A DNA stretch of 34,053 bases from an uncultured Desulfonema sp. (GCA_964522535.1 CAZFWD010000064.1:1-34053); one strand, 5' to 3'; positions 1 through 9,253 are shown, counted from the first letter of the stretch. The notes: generated from the sequence alone by a model not told the origin. Program-made: numbers and translations.

Positions 1-1216
1 CCTTGTATTTCCGATACAGCGCCTCCTCCCAGTCCGCGGCCATGCGGTCGGCCGCTCGAAGCTGGGCTGCGTTCATATCAAATCCGGATTGCTCAAACAG
101 CCCCAGAATGTCTTTTTCCATTTCGATGATGGAGCTTTGCACCTGTTCCCGCGCCTTCTTATTGAAGATCAACCGGCGATGAACCTGTTCGTGCCGCTGC
201 CACAGGGATTCGGAAACGGTCTTTTCATCCGGGTTGAGCACGCAAAAGCCAAGGCCTGCGTCAAACCCGGCGGGTTTAAAAACAGACAGGCAGGGGGCCG
301 ATGTGCCTGTAAAAAAATGGGACTGATTCTTGGGGGTCAGCCGCGACACCATGGACCCGCAGGTCTGGCTTCTTCTGATCACCCCTCCGGCGTGCATGCA
401 GATATCCCGGTTTGTGCCGGTCGCCGGTGCGAACGGTTCTTTAAAATGGCTTCGCAGGGCGTTCATCATTTTGCCCAAATGCATCGAGCCGCCGTTTATC
501 ATCTCTTTGAGACGGCTGTTGCTTAACCCCAGCCGATACCGGGATGCGGCAAAAAAAGGGATAAACCGGGTGTCAAATGTTTTCTTGAAATTCAACCGCC
601 CCTTTCCTGAGAAAAGCCCCTTTTGTCTTGCAAAGTCCTCAAGGCCTTCGGACTTGAGGTCGTATTCCTCTTCGATGGTCAAACAGTTGGAGATGCTGTA
701 GGCGGAGCGAAGCGCTTTAGCCACCCAATGCCGGCCGGCGGTTTCCAAAACCCATGCCTCTCCTGAATCCGCGATGATAAAACTGCTGTCATAGCGAAGC
801 CGCCGGTCCCGAAACCCGCATATGCCGCCCTGGCCGTAGGTTTCAAGCATCTCAATGATGACCTGCATGGCATGCTCGGCGGTATCCCCCCGTTCAAGGC
901 CCAGGCGAAGCAGGTCCATGCCGATCAGCCCGGGGGTCTTTTCCATCCCCCGAGTAAACACCGCCTCATTGCCGATGACCACGCCCCGGTCGTTGGCCCC
1001 CATTTCCGCGCCCCAGATCCAGAAGGGCTTGCTTAGGATCACGCCGTGACGGTCGGCGGTCTGATCAATTTCGATATAGGTGGTCTTCAGCCTGGCCTGC
1101 CTGTCGTTTCTTACAGCCGGAATCCGTACGACAAGCTGGGCCTCTCCAGGCTCCCGATCGCTGTTTTTTGCGAAAAAAACAGCGCCGTCTTTTTTAAGCA
1201 CAAGGGTGTCACACAT
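1..1216 (-). CDS. Secernin-like peptidase, family C69 (Ntn-hydrolase); C-terminus lies beyond the left window edge
   Basis: Manual translation of the minus strand from ATG at 1216-1214 gives MCDTLVLKKDGAVFFAKNSDREPGEAQLVV...TYIEIDQ...WGAEMGANDRGVVIGNEAVF...GMDLLRLGLERG...YGQGG. The frame stays open to position 1, so the ORF track (which needs a stop) does not list it. Cys2 as N-terminal nucleophile plus the KNSDR, WGAEMGAN and GNEAV blocks are the pattern I recall for secernin/C69 dipeptidases. An AGGTGG Shine-Dalgarno overlaps the upstream stop codon. Confidence 0.8.
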   Translation of the reverse strand, partial: MCDTLVLKKDGAVFFAKNSDREPGEAQLVVRIPAVRNDRQARLKTTYIEIDQTADRHGVILSKPFWIWGAEMGANDRGVVIGNEAVFTRGMEKTPGLIGMDLLRLGLERGDTAEHAMQVIIEMLETYGQGGICGFRDRRLRYDSSFIIADSGEAWVLETAGRHWVAKALRSAYSISNCLTIEEEYDLKSEGLEDFARQKGLFSGKGRLNFKKTFDTRFIPFFAASRYRLGLSNSRLKEMINGGSMHLGKMMNALRSHFKEPFAPATGTNRDICMHAGGVIRRSQTCGSMVSRLTPKNQSHFFTGTSAPCLSVFKPAGFDAGLGFCVLNPDEKTVSESLWQRHEQVHRRLIFNKKAREQVQSSIIEMEKDILGLFEQSGFDMNAAQLRAADRMAADWEEALYRKYK

Positions 1217-1224
1217 AGCGCCAC

Positions 1225-2169
1225 CTATCGTTTGATTTTTCCGGGTAAAATAAAATTATACCGCCTGCCCAGAACCCGGGTCTTAAAAAACCGGTCAAGC
1301 CGTCTCAGATGTAAAAACAGGCTCCAGATAAAGGCATCGTTTTTATAATAGCGATCCACCTCCGGCCGGGTCAAAGGGGCAATCCCCTGTTCCAAATCCT
1401 GCCAGGCCAGCCGCTGATTGATGAGGGATAGGGCGGTATCGATCCGGTCTCCCCGCCCCTCCTTGTAAAAATTGGCCACCAGGTCGATCAGCACCATCCG
1501 CGTGTCATAGTAACGGTCCAGAACATCCTGAAGGAATTGCCAACGTACCAGCCACACCAGAAACGAGGGGCAGCTTTTCAGGAATATCTCGGTGTCCAGT
1601 TGCTCCGTTCCGTTTACCCGGAACAGGGGGGTTGTGATATCAAAATAAACCGCTCGGCTTTGGTTTTCTTTCCCAAACTGAAAGCTCCAGTTGGAGATCT
1701 GCCCGTCTAGCGCGATCTGTTTTTTGGGGTTATGCGCCCGGTTCCACTGGTGAATGCGGATCAACCCCGCCATCACGGCCTCTATCATAATCTCCAGCTC
1801 GCGGATGCTGCCGTGTTTTAATATATAGTTGCCGATGGATGTTTCGGGAAGCCGCGGCTGGGCCAGGTAGAAGATATGCTCGTTATGACAATTGGTCAGG
1901 GTATAACAGCCGTATGCCACCACATCAATGCCGCAGCCCTGATTTAACAATTCGCAGTAGCGATCCACCGCCGACCGGTAGGCCGCAATCTCCTTCGGGC
2001 TGTTAAACGGGGGCATGCGCTTAAATGCCATCCCCGGCATATCCGCAATGGAAAAGGTCGCTGAAATCTCACCGTATCCGAGGATCTTTGGGGGGATTCC
2101 GCTTTTTGCAGGATCCGAAGGGTTCAGCTGGTCCTCGAAGTTTTGCAGCAGGCCGATATCCACATCCAT
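1225..2169 (-). CDS. Uncharacterised protein with protein-kinase-like motif arrangement (314 aa)
   Basis: This is ORF 1225..2253 trimmed to the ATG at 2169 (MDVDIGLLQNF). That ATG is preceded by GAGGTGG, whereas the longer form would overlap the upstream aminotransferase gene. Motifs occur in kinase order: LGYGEISATF (Gly-rich loop), AFKRM (beta3 Lys), LDGQISNW (D-x4-N catalytic loop), VYFDITTP (DFG-like Asp). I do not recognise a named family. Confidence 0.7.
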   Translation of the reverse strand: MDVDIGLLQNFEDQLNPSDPAKSGIPPKILGYGEISATFSIADMPGMAFKRMPPFNSPKEIAAYRSAVDRYCELLNQGCGIDVVAYGCYTLTNCHNEHIFYLAQPRLPETSIGNYILKHGSIRELEIMIEAVMAGLIRIHQWNRAHNPKKQIALDGQISNWSFQFGKENQSRAVYFDITTPLFRVNGTEQLDTEIFLKSCPSFLVWLVRWQFLQDVLDRYYDTRMVLIDLVANFYKEGRGDRIDTALSLINQRLAWQDLEQGIAPLTRPEVDRYYKNDAFIWSLFLHLRRLDRFFKTRVLGRRYNFILPGKIKR

Positions 2170-2191
2170 TTTCCACCTCAACCTTGGGGGC

Positions 2192-3439
2192 CTACACAAA
2201 CGCCCCGACCGTTTCCAGCGCCCGGTCCAGGCGCTGAACAATCTCCTCGGCAAGCGGCCGATCGATGATCAGCGGCGGCAAAAACTGGACAACAGACGTG
2301 TCGTTGCCAGCATAGATGCAAAGCAGGCCGGCATCGTAACAGGCCTTGGTCATCAGCGGTCCGAGATCCGGGCTTGTAGTTTTGAGCCCGCACATCAGTC
2401 CTTTCTGGCGAAACCCTGATAAAACCTTTGAGTATTTGGAAACCAGGGCTTTCACACCGGATGCAAACACCAAGGCCAGTTCATTGACATGCTGCAAAAA
2501 GGCATCTTTAGACGAAATCTCGATCACCTTCTGCGCCACCAGGCAGCCGATATCCGCGCCGCCGGTGGTGGAGATATGAATAAACGGGTCATCGTGAAAC
2601 ACCGCTTCCAGGTCCTTTTGAATGATGGTGGCGGTGATCGGGTATAGGCCGCCGCCCAGGCCCTTGGCGGAAACGATCATATCCGGGACGATCCCGTAAT
2701 GCGAAATCCCCCAGAACCGCCCGGTCCGGCCCAGACCGGTCTGCACCTCATCGATGATCAAAAGGGACCCGTTTTGCTCGCATACCCTTTTGACCTGATA
2801 AAAATAATCTTCATCCGGTATGGGCATGCCCAGGGTGGCGGGAATGGTTTCAAAAATGACCGCCGCGATATTCTGATTCAGGCGGTTTTTCAGCGCCTCC
2901 ACGTCATTGAACGGCACCTGCAGAAAATCGGTGGAACCCGACAAAAACGGCTCACTGTATTTTGCATCCCCGGTCGCCAGGGCAAGCCCGGTGTGGCCGT
3001 GATATCCACCGATTGCAGAGATCACCCCCCGCCGGCCGGTCGCCTTGCGGGCGATTTTTATCGCGGTATCCACGGCCTCTCCGCCGCTCACCCCGAAAAT
3101 TACGTATGCCATTCCTTCCGGGGAAAGCCCGGCCAGCATTTGGGCCAGATCCGCCTTCTGTTTGCTGACCAGGTGATGGTTGCCGATATCGATGGATCGC
3201 ATGGCATCGATTAATGCGGCGATGATTTCAGGGTTCCGGTGACCCAGGTTGAACACCCCGCCGTTTACGTGGCAGTTGATCAGCCGTTTCTTTCCGGAAA
3301 TGTCCCAGATAAAGGGGCCCTCCCGCTTTCCCGGCACAAAATCGATATGAACATCCAAAAAAAACTGCGCCTTGCGCGAGGACACATGGCCGGCGTATTT
3401 TTTAAAAACCGTTTCTTTTTGTACTGCCCCCTGTTCCAT
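2192..3439 (-). CDS. Class-III PLP-dependent aminotransferase-fold enzyme (ArgD/GabT/ornithine-AT-like)
   Basis: The 415-aa ORF carries GGYHGHT, DEVQTGLGRTGRFW and SAKGLGGG (PLP lysine), hallmarks of aminotransferase class III. An AGGGGG SD lies 6 nt before the ATG at 3439. Confidence 0.9.
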   Translation of the reverse strand: MEQGAVQKETVFKKYAGHVSSRKAQFFLDVHIDFVPGKREGPFIWDISGKKRLINCHVNGGVFNLGHRNPEIIAALIDAMRSIDIGNHHLVSKQKADLAQMLAGLSPEGMAYVIFGVSGGEAVDTAIKIARKATGRRGVISAIGGYHGHTGLALATGDAKYSEPFLSGSTDFLQVPFNDVEALKNRLNQNIAAVIFETIPATLGMPIPDEDYFYQVKRVCEQNGSLLIIDEVQTGLGRTGRFWGISHYGIVPDMIVSAKGLGGGLYPITATIIQKDLEAVFHDDPFIHISTTGGADIGCLVAQKVIEISSKDAFLQHVNELALVFASGVKALVSKYSKVLSGFRQKGLMCGLKTTSPDLGPLMTKACYDAGLLCIYAGNDTSVVQFLPPLIIDRPLAEEIVQRLDRALETVGAFV

Positions 3440-3549
3440 TTTTTACCCCCTGCCCGGTGGTCCGGTTATAATTTTTTTGGATTATATATGGTTTGCAATC
3501 ATAGATCAAACACTCCGGCAAAAGAAAAACAAATAAAGCCGTTTTTTTA

Positions 3550-3578
3550 TTGCACCCTGAAAAATATTTAGGTTAAAT
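3550..3578 (+). promoter_or_regulatory. Possible sigma70-type promoter for smc (-35 TTGCAC, 17-nt spacer, -10 TTAAAT)
   Basis: Hexamers read directly at 3550-3555 and 3573-3578 in the AT-rich divergent intergenic region 3440-3650. The match to consensus is only moderate. Confidence 0.3.
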
Positions 3579-3680
3579 AAATAAATTTTGAAACGCAGTG
3601 GGGCATGCGTTTTCATTCCGAGTGTTTCTTGATCCATCCGTCCGGGGTGGGTGACTCATACAACCAGCGTGGGGCGATCA

Positions 3681-6600
3681 ATGCGGCTTAAATGCCTTGA
3701 AATCATTGGATTTAAGTCATTCCCGAACAAATGCGTCATTGAATTCCCGCCGGGCGTATCCGCGATCGTGGGGCCCAACGGGTGCGGCAAGAGCAACGTC
3801 ATCGACGCCATTAAATGGGTGATGGGGGAGCAGAGCATCAAGCAGCTCCGCGGAAAGGCCATGGGGGATGTGATCTTTGCCGGCACCGACAAACGCCCCC
3901 CCCTCAACATGGCCGAGGTCTCCCTCACCATCACCAACGACACCCCTGTCCAGGAGGAAACTGTCCGTCAATTAACGGAAATCATGATCACCCGCCGGCT
4001 CTATCGCTCCGGCGAAAGCGCTTACCTGATCAACAAGCAGCCCGGCCGGTTAAAAGACATTCACAACCTGTTTCTGGCCAGCGGCATGGGGTCAAAATCC
4101 TGCGCCATCGTTCAGCAGGGGACCATCGGCGCCATTACCGAAGCCACCCCCGAGGAACGCAGGGCTTACATTGAAGACACCGCCGGGGTGACTCGCTATA
4201 AAACCCGGAAAAACGAGGCGCTCGCCAAGCTTAACGCCACAAACCAGAACCTCTTGAGGCTCAACGATCTGATTGAAGAAATCAAAAAACAGATGAACAG
4301 CCTTCGCCGGCAGGCCAATAAGGCCAGACAATATAAGGCGTACCGGGAACAGTTTAAGCAGACCGACATCCTCGTATCGGTCTATCACCACGAGGAACAC
4401 GCCATACAGATTGAGAAAACCGAAAAAATCTTAAAAGACCTAAAGGAGAAGGATTCCCGCCACGTTGCCGAGCTGGAAAGGCTGCATACGGCCCTTGAAA
4501 AAATAAAGGCACAACGGCTTGTCCGGGACCAGGAAATCTCCAGAAAAAAAACGGAAAGCGTCGAAGTCCAGAGAAAAATCGACAAACTGGAAAACGATAT
4601 TGAACATATCCAAAACGAAAAAAACAGGCTTGCCGAGGAAATCACGGGGCTGGAGGAGGCCCTTCTGGGGCTTGAAGAGAAAAGTCAGAACATAAAAAAT
4701 GAAATCGCGGAAGAATCCGAGCGGCAGGCCGCTTTTAATGAAAAAATAACCGGTATCACCGCGTCCATTGAAAGGGAGAATCAGGCATTCGAACAGCGCC
4801 GGGAAAAGCTCGAGGCATTGGGCCGTGATTCGGAGGAATCAAGAAAAAATCTGATCAACCTGATGGCCCAAAAAACCAGGTACCAGGATATCAACAGATA
4901 CGCGGAATCAAACAAAGAAAACATCCGGCGAAGGCTTGAACAGCTCCAGGGGGATGAAGCCAAATCCGCCCGAAAGGTATCCGATCTGACAAGGGCCGTG
5001 CAGCAGGCAACGGATCAACTGAACGAAATAGATACCAGGCGAAAGGAAACCGAGGATCGCATCACAACCACCAAACAAGCACTTCAGGAAAAAAACCAAG
5101 CCCTGGGCATACAGGTAAAGGCCCTCAATGCGTTGCTGAACGACCGAAACAATGCAAAATCCAGGCATGCCGCCTTAAAAAAAATGGATGAAAACTACGA
5201 CTGGTACAAAGACGGGGTCAAGGCGATCATGAAAAGCAGGGCCTCCGCAGCTGAAGGCGGCGCCGGGTTCGACGCGGATGGCATCGTCGGCGTCACCGGA
5301 GACGCGATTGAACCGGAACCGGGTTTTGAGTTTGCGGTGGAGGCGGTGCTGGGCGAGGCGCTTCAGTATATCCTCGTCAGGGACCCGGAAACTGGGATCG
5401 CATCCATAAACTACCTTAAAACCAGCAACGCCGGGCGAAGCGGTTTTATCCCCGTGTCCCTATTTGACGCATTCGGCCAAGACCCGGTTGCCGATGCGGA
5501 GGGGCTTGATTTTCTGATCAACCACGTCGCCATCAAACCTGAGTACGAAAAACCGGTTTTCGATCTGTTAAACCAGGTAGCGGTCACGGACAACATGGAA
5601 ACCGCGCTTCGCGTGTGGCATCAGCATAACGGCTTTAAAAAGGTGGTCACCCGCAACGGGGATGTGATTTCCTCAAACGGCATCATGATCGGCGGAAGCA
5701 GGGAAAAATTGTCCGGCATTTATGAAAAAAAGCTGGAACTCAAGCAGCTTCAAACCACCATTTCAAAGATCGCCCAGGCGATTGACACCCAGCAGGAGCT
5801 GATCAACCGCCTGGAAACGGATGTCCGCCGGCTTGAAAATGATCTTCAGAAAAAGATCGTTGAAAAAAACGAAATTGAACACAACGCCCTGGACGCGGAA
5901 AAGCGCCGCTTCACCGCATCCGAGAGCTTAAAACACGCCGTAAGCCAGCTTGAACTGCTTCGGCTGGAAAAGGAAAAACTGGCAGGCGAAAAAAACGATG
6001 TCGAGAATGAAATCTCCAAGCACGACGAGGCCCTGGCTGGGCTGTCATTCGAGATTCAATCGGTCGAAGGCACAATAAAAAACATATCCGACGCGATGAT
6101 CTCCGTAAAATCGGAGATGGAGGCGGTTGATCAAAAACGGATGGAACTGAGGCTTGCGCAGACAAGGCTGAACGCGGAGATTGAAAACACCAGCAACACC
6201 TTAAACCGCTTAAATCAATTCCAGACCGACGGTTTCAAACAGATCGAACAGATCCAGCGGGACATCGCCATTAAAAGACAGAAAAAAGAAAACACCGCCC
6301 GAGATGTTTTTGAATATGAAAAAAACCTCTCCACCGCACGGGAATTCTTAAACCGGCTGAACCTCGATTTAAAAACGGATGAAACCGCTTATCAGGGGAT
6401 TGTGGATGAAATCAGCAAAACCGACGGAAGCATCTCCGACACCCGAAAATACATCGGTGAAACCCAGCAGCAGATTCATGAACTTGAGATTGAAATCTCC
6501 AGGCACCATATCAACCGGGAGAACGTGGTCAACCGGTTTCTGGAAAAATACGCCCTCTCCTTTACCGGGGTGCTGGCGGCCCACCGGGATCAGGTCCGAT

Positions 6601-7307
6601 CGTCTGATTTCTCCATCGAAAAAATGGAATCCGAGCTGTCCGGTTATAGAAAAAAAATTGAAGGGGTCGGAGAGGTGAATCTCGGGGCCATCGAGGCGTA
6701 TGATGAACAAAAATCCCGCCATGATTTTCTTGCCCAACAGCGCGATGACCTGGTCGAGGCCTTAAGCGACCTTGAAAACCTGATTCGAAAGATCAACCGG
6801 GTCACGCAAACCCTGTTTATGAGAATGTTCAACCACATCAATGAACAGCTCAAGCATCTTTTTCCAAGGCTTTTCCAAGGCGGAGAGGCATGGCTGGAAC
6901 TGACCGAACCGGGCAAGCCGCTTGACGCAGGGGTCGAATTCATGATTCACCTTCACGGAAAGAAACTCAGCCGGCTGAGCCTGCTTTCAGGCGGGGAAAA
7001 GGCGCTGGCGGCGATCGCCTTTATTTTTTCGATGTTTTTGATCAACCCCTCGGCTTACTGCCTGCTGGACGAAATCGATGCGGCGCTTGATGAAGCGAGC
7101 ATCCATCGCTTTAACGAGCTGCTGCGGATCATCGGTGAAAAATCCCAGGTTCTCATGATCACCCACAATAAAAAGAGCATGGAGTTCGCGGATATTCTGT
7201 TCGGCATCACCATGGGGGAAAAAGGGGTGTCAAAACTCGTTTCCGTAGACATCGAAAAGCTGACCCGCGAAAACAGGAAAACCGAAAAGGGCGCCGCCGA
7301 TGCCTGA
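3681..7307 (+). CDS. smc: Chromosome segregation protein SMC
   Basis: N-terminus MRLKCLEIIGFKSF, Walker A GPNGCGKSN, long coiled coils flanking a hinge, signature LSGGEK and Walker B LLDEIDAALD. The ORF track starts at GTG 3651; ATG 3681 gives the canonical SMC N-terminus. Confidence 0.95.
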   Translation: MRLKCLEIIGFKSFPNKCVIEFPPGVSAIVGPNGCGKSNVIDAIKWVMGEQSIKQLRGKAMGDVIFAGTDKRPPLNMAEVSLTITNDTPVQEETVRQLTEIMITRRLYRSGESAYLINKQPGRLKDIHNLFLASGMGSKSCAIVQQGTIGAITEATPEERRAYIEDTAGVTRYKTRKNEALAKLNATNQNLLRLNDLIEEIKKQMNSLRRQANKARQYKAYREQFKQTDILVSVYHHEEHAIQIEKTEKILKDLKEKDSRHVAELERLHTALEKIKAQRLVRDQEISRKKTESVEVQRKIDKLENDIEHIQNEKNRLAEEITGLEEALLGLEEKSQNIKNEIAEESERQAAFNEKITGITASIERENQAFEQRREKLEALGRDSEESRKNLINLMAQKTRYQDINRYAESNKENIRRRLEQLQGDEAKSARKVSDLTRAVQQATDQLNEIDTRRKETEDRITTTKQALQEKNQALGIQVKALNALLNDRNNAKSRHAALKKMDENYDWYKDGVKAIMKSRASAAEGGAGFDADGIVGVTGDAIEPEPGFEFAVEAVLGEALQYILVRDPETGIASINYLKTSNAGRSGFIPVSLFDAFGQDPVADAEGLDFLINHVAIKPEYEKPVFDLLNQVAVTDNMETALRVWHQHNGFKKVVTRNGDVISSNGIMIGGSREKLSGIYEKKLELKQLQTTISKIAQAIDTQQELINRLETDVRRLENDLQKKIVEKNEIEHNALDAEKRRFTASESLKHAVSQLELLRLEKEKLAGEKNDVENEISKHDEALAGLSFEIQSVEGTIKNISDAMISVKSEMEAVDQKRMELRLAQTRLNAEIENTSNTLNRLNQFQTDGFKQIEQIQRDIAIKRQKKENTARDVFEYEKNLSTAREFLNRLNLDLKTDETAYQGIVDEISKTDGSISDTRKYIGETQQQIHELEIEISRHHINRENVVNRFLEKYALSFTGVLAAHRDQVRSSDFSIEKMESELSGYRKKIEGVGEVNLGAIEAYDEQKSRHDFLAQQRDDLVEALSDLENLIRKINRVTQTLFMRMFNHINEQLKHLFPRLFQGGEAWLELTEPGKPLDAGVEFMIHLHGKKLSRLSLLSGGEKALAAIAFIFSMFLINPSAYCLLDEIDAALDEASIHRFNELLRIIGEKSQVLMITHNKKSMEFADILFGITMGEKGVSKLVSVDIEKLTRENRKTEKGAADA

Positions 7308-8475
7308 ATGGCTGACAAACATTAAAAATGTTGTGCCGGCCGATTCACTGCCTGAAATCCTGGGCCTTTTCATCATCGTTTGTCTTCTTATAATCCTGAA
7401 ACGGATCCGGCGGGGCGCGCCAAAAGCTGCAACAGAAACCCCTTTCAGTGAACAACCGGCGGTGGCGGACCTCCCTGGTCCTGCCGTTGGGCCCATTGCG
7501 CCTGCCGAAATAAAAAAACCCTTCCCCGCGCCTACCGAAGAACCCTCTGCACCCCCTCCCGACGTTTTTGTGAAGGAGGACGGTTATCTGGATCGGCTCA
7601 GGGCCGCCCTTTTCAAAACGCGCCGGACCCTTTCAAACCGGTTTGAAAACATCCTTTCGGAAAAACAGGGCATCGATGACGAAACCCTTGAGGCGATTGA
7701 AGAGACGCTGATCACGGCCGATGTGGGGGTTGCCACGACATCGGAACTGATCGCCCGCATCTCCGAGAAAATCCGGAATATCTCAGGCGTGGCGGATTTT
7801 AAACGCCGGCTGAAGGCCGAAATGTTTTCCTTCCTTGACCTTGAACGCGTGGAAAAAATTCCCGCCAAGCCGCATGTCATCCTTATCATCGGCGTCAACG
7901 GCGTAGGCAAGACCACGACCATCGGAAAACTGGCCGCCCGGTATGCCGCCCAAGGAAAAAAGGTGCTGCTGGCGGCATGCGACACCTTCAGGGCGGCGGC
8001 CGTGGAACAGCTGGAGATATGGGCCGGACACGCCGGGGCAGAGATTGTGAAACACCGGGACAAGGCGGATCCAGCGGCGGTCGCTTTTGACAGCATCGAG
8101 GCTGCTGTGGCAAGGGAAGTGGATGTCGTCATCGTGGATACCGCGGGCCGGCTTCATACCAAGGTCAATTTGATGGAACAGCTCAAAAAGATCCAGCGGA
8201 GCATCGCCAAAGGGCTCTCAAGCGCCCCGCACGAGGTCATCCTCGTGCTTGATGCCACAACCGGCCAGAATGCGGTTTCCCAGGCCAGGCTTTTTCACGA
8301 TGAAATCGGCATCACCGGTATTATTCTAACCAAGCTTGACGGCACCGCAAAGGGCGGCATCGCCGTCGCCATCTGCCATGAACTCAAGATCCCCATTCGC
8401 GACATCGGCGTCGGTGAAAGAATCGAAGACCTCCAGCCGTTTGATCCAAAGCTGTTCCTCGACGCCCTGATCTGA
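7300..8475 (+). CDS. ftsY: Signal recognition particle receptor FtsY
   Basis: GVNGVGKTTTIGKLA (G1), DTAGR and TKLDG motifs. The N-terminus has a hydrophobic anchor and a Pro-rich linker. The start overlaps the smc stop by 8 nt (ATGCCTGA), and smc-ftsY is a conserved adjacency. Confidence 0.95.
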   Translation: MPEWLTNIKNVVPADSLPEILGLFIIVCLLIILKRIRRGAPKAATETPFSEQPAVADLPGPAVGPIAPAEIKKPFPAPTEEPSAPPPDVFVKEDGYLDRLRAALFKTRRTLSNRFENILSEKQGIDDETLEAIEETLITADVGVATTSELIARISEKIRNISGVADFKRRLKAEMFSFLDLERVEKIPAKPHVILIIGVNGVGKTTTIGKLAARYAAQGKKVLLAACDTFRAAAVEQLEIWAGHAGAEIVKHRDKADPAAVAFDSIEAAVAREVDVVIVDTAGRLHTKVNLMEQLKKIQRSIAKGLSSAPHEVILVLDATTGQNAVSQARLFHDEIGITGIILTKLDGTAKGGIAVAICHELKIPIRDIGVGERIEDLQPFDPKLFLDALI

Positions 8476-8879
8476 ACAATGGGCCCATTTTTTTCTTCTC
8501 TATAAACGCCCAAATTATAGGGGTTCATTGAAAAACCCCTGCCGTTTCATCGCTTACAGGATTACATAAATATTTATATAAAAAAACAAAAGGTTGTAAA
8601 AAATTATCAAATATTCAAAAACCTATATCGTCCGGGCAACCGCCTGATTTCATCCCTGTGGGACCCCGTATAAAAGGGTTTTACAGGGTCAAAATCAGAT
8701 TAAAAAAAATTTTCTCTTCGCTCTGAACCAGCCTCGACAGGCTGTTTAATTTCACAGAGGGGTGGATTTGGTATCATGTCACTGCTGTATCTTTATACAT
8801 TCCTCCTTCCGGGTTCAGACATGAAGCCTGCTAACAAAACTGGTTCGAAAAAAAATTTAAAAAAATCGTATTTTATTTG

Positions 8880-8908
8880 TTGACAAACAAAAAAACCTGG
8901 TTTAAGGT
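8880..8908 (+). promoter_or_regulatory. Probable sigma70 promoter of the HU gene (-35 TTGACA, 17-nt spacer, -10 TAAGGT)
   Basis: TTGACA at 8880-8885 and TAAGGT at 8903-8908, about 50 nt upstream of the ATG. A strong SD (AAGGGAGG) follows at about 8945-8952. Confidence 0.45.
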
Positions 8909-8958
8909 AGTGCCCATCAGGGTTTTTTAACCGTAATCTTTTAAAAAGGGAGGAAATC

Positions 8959-9231
8959 ATGACAAAGGCAGAATTGGTGGAAAAGATGGCCAAAGACGCA
9001 GGGATTTCTAAGGTCGCCGCAGCCGCCGCGTTGAGCTCGCTCATGGACGGCATCACCAAAGCGCTGAAGAAAAAAGACGGCAAGGTGACCCTTGTCGGTT
9101 TCGGCACCTTTTCAAAGGTCCGCCGTCAGGCCAGAACCGGCAGAAATCCGCAATCCGGCGCCCCGATTAAAATCAAGGCCCGCAATGTGGTCAAGTTCAA
9201 ACCGGGCAAGCTTCTGAAAGACACCGTCTAA
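8959..9231 (+). CDS. hup: HU family DNA-binding protein
   Basis: The 90-aa protein MTKAELVEKMA...GFGTFSKVRRQARTGRNPQSGAPIKIKARNVVKFKPGKLLKD shows the typical HU length and the RNPxTG arm motif. Confidence 0.95.
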   Translation: MTKAELVEKMAKDAGISKVAAAAALSSLMDGITKALKKKDGKVTLVGFGTFSKVRRQARTGRNPQSGAPIKIKARNVVKFKPGKLLKDTV

Positions 9232-9253
9232 AAAGTATTTTAGCCGAACCGAA

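Noticed and set aside
89-1348. A cluster of short ORF-track entries (89-526, 330-701, 679-897, 855-1049, 1046-1348) in a region with no long listed ORF.
   Set aside because: The region is fully explained by the open-ended minus-strand secernin-like C69 gene (1-1216). The track omits it because it has no stop inside the window.
8729-8744. A shared palindrome, CAGCCT-N-AGGCTG, lies upstream of both HU-family genes: 8729-8744 before hup and 22843-22856 before ihfA, each about 180-230 nt from the ATG.
   Set aside because: The arms are only 6 nt, the spacers differ (4 versus 2 nt), and the second copy lies inside a candidate small ORF. With two occurrences I cannot distinguish this from chance.
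8720-8825. Possible SRP (4.5S) RNA next to ftsY, suggested by CCGGAAGGAGG on the minus strand, which resembles the SRP helix-8 GGAA tetraloop region.
   Set aside because: The flanks do not match the conserved GUCAGGUCC-GGAA-GGAAGCAGC symmetric and asymmetric loop pattern. In the best fold the GGAA is not at a hairpin tip. The segment is also far more AT-rich than SRP RNAs.
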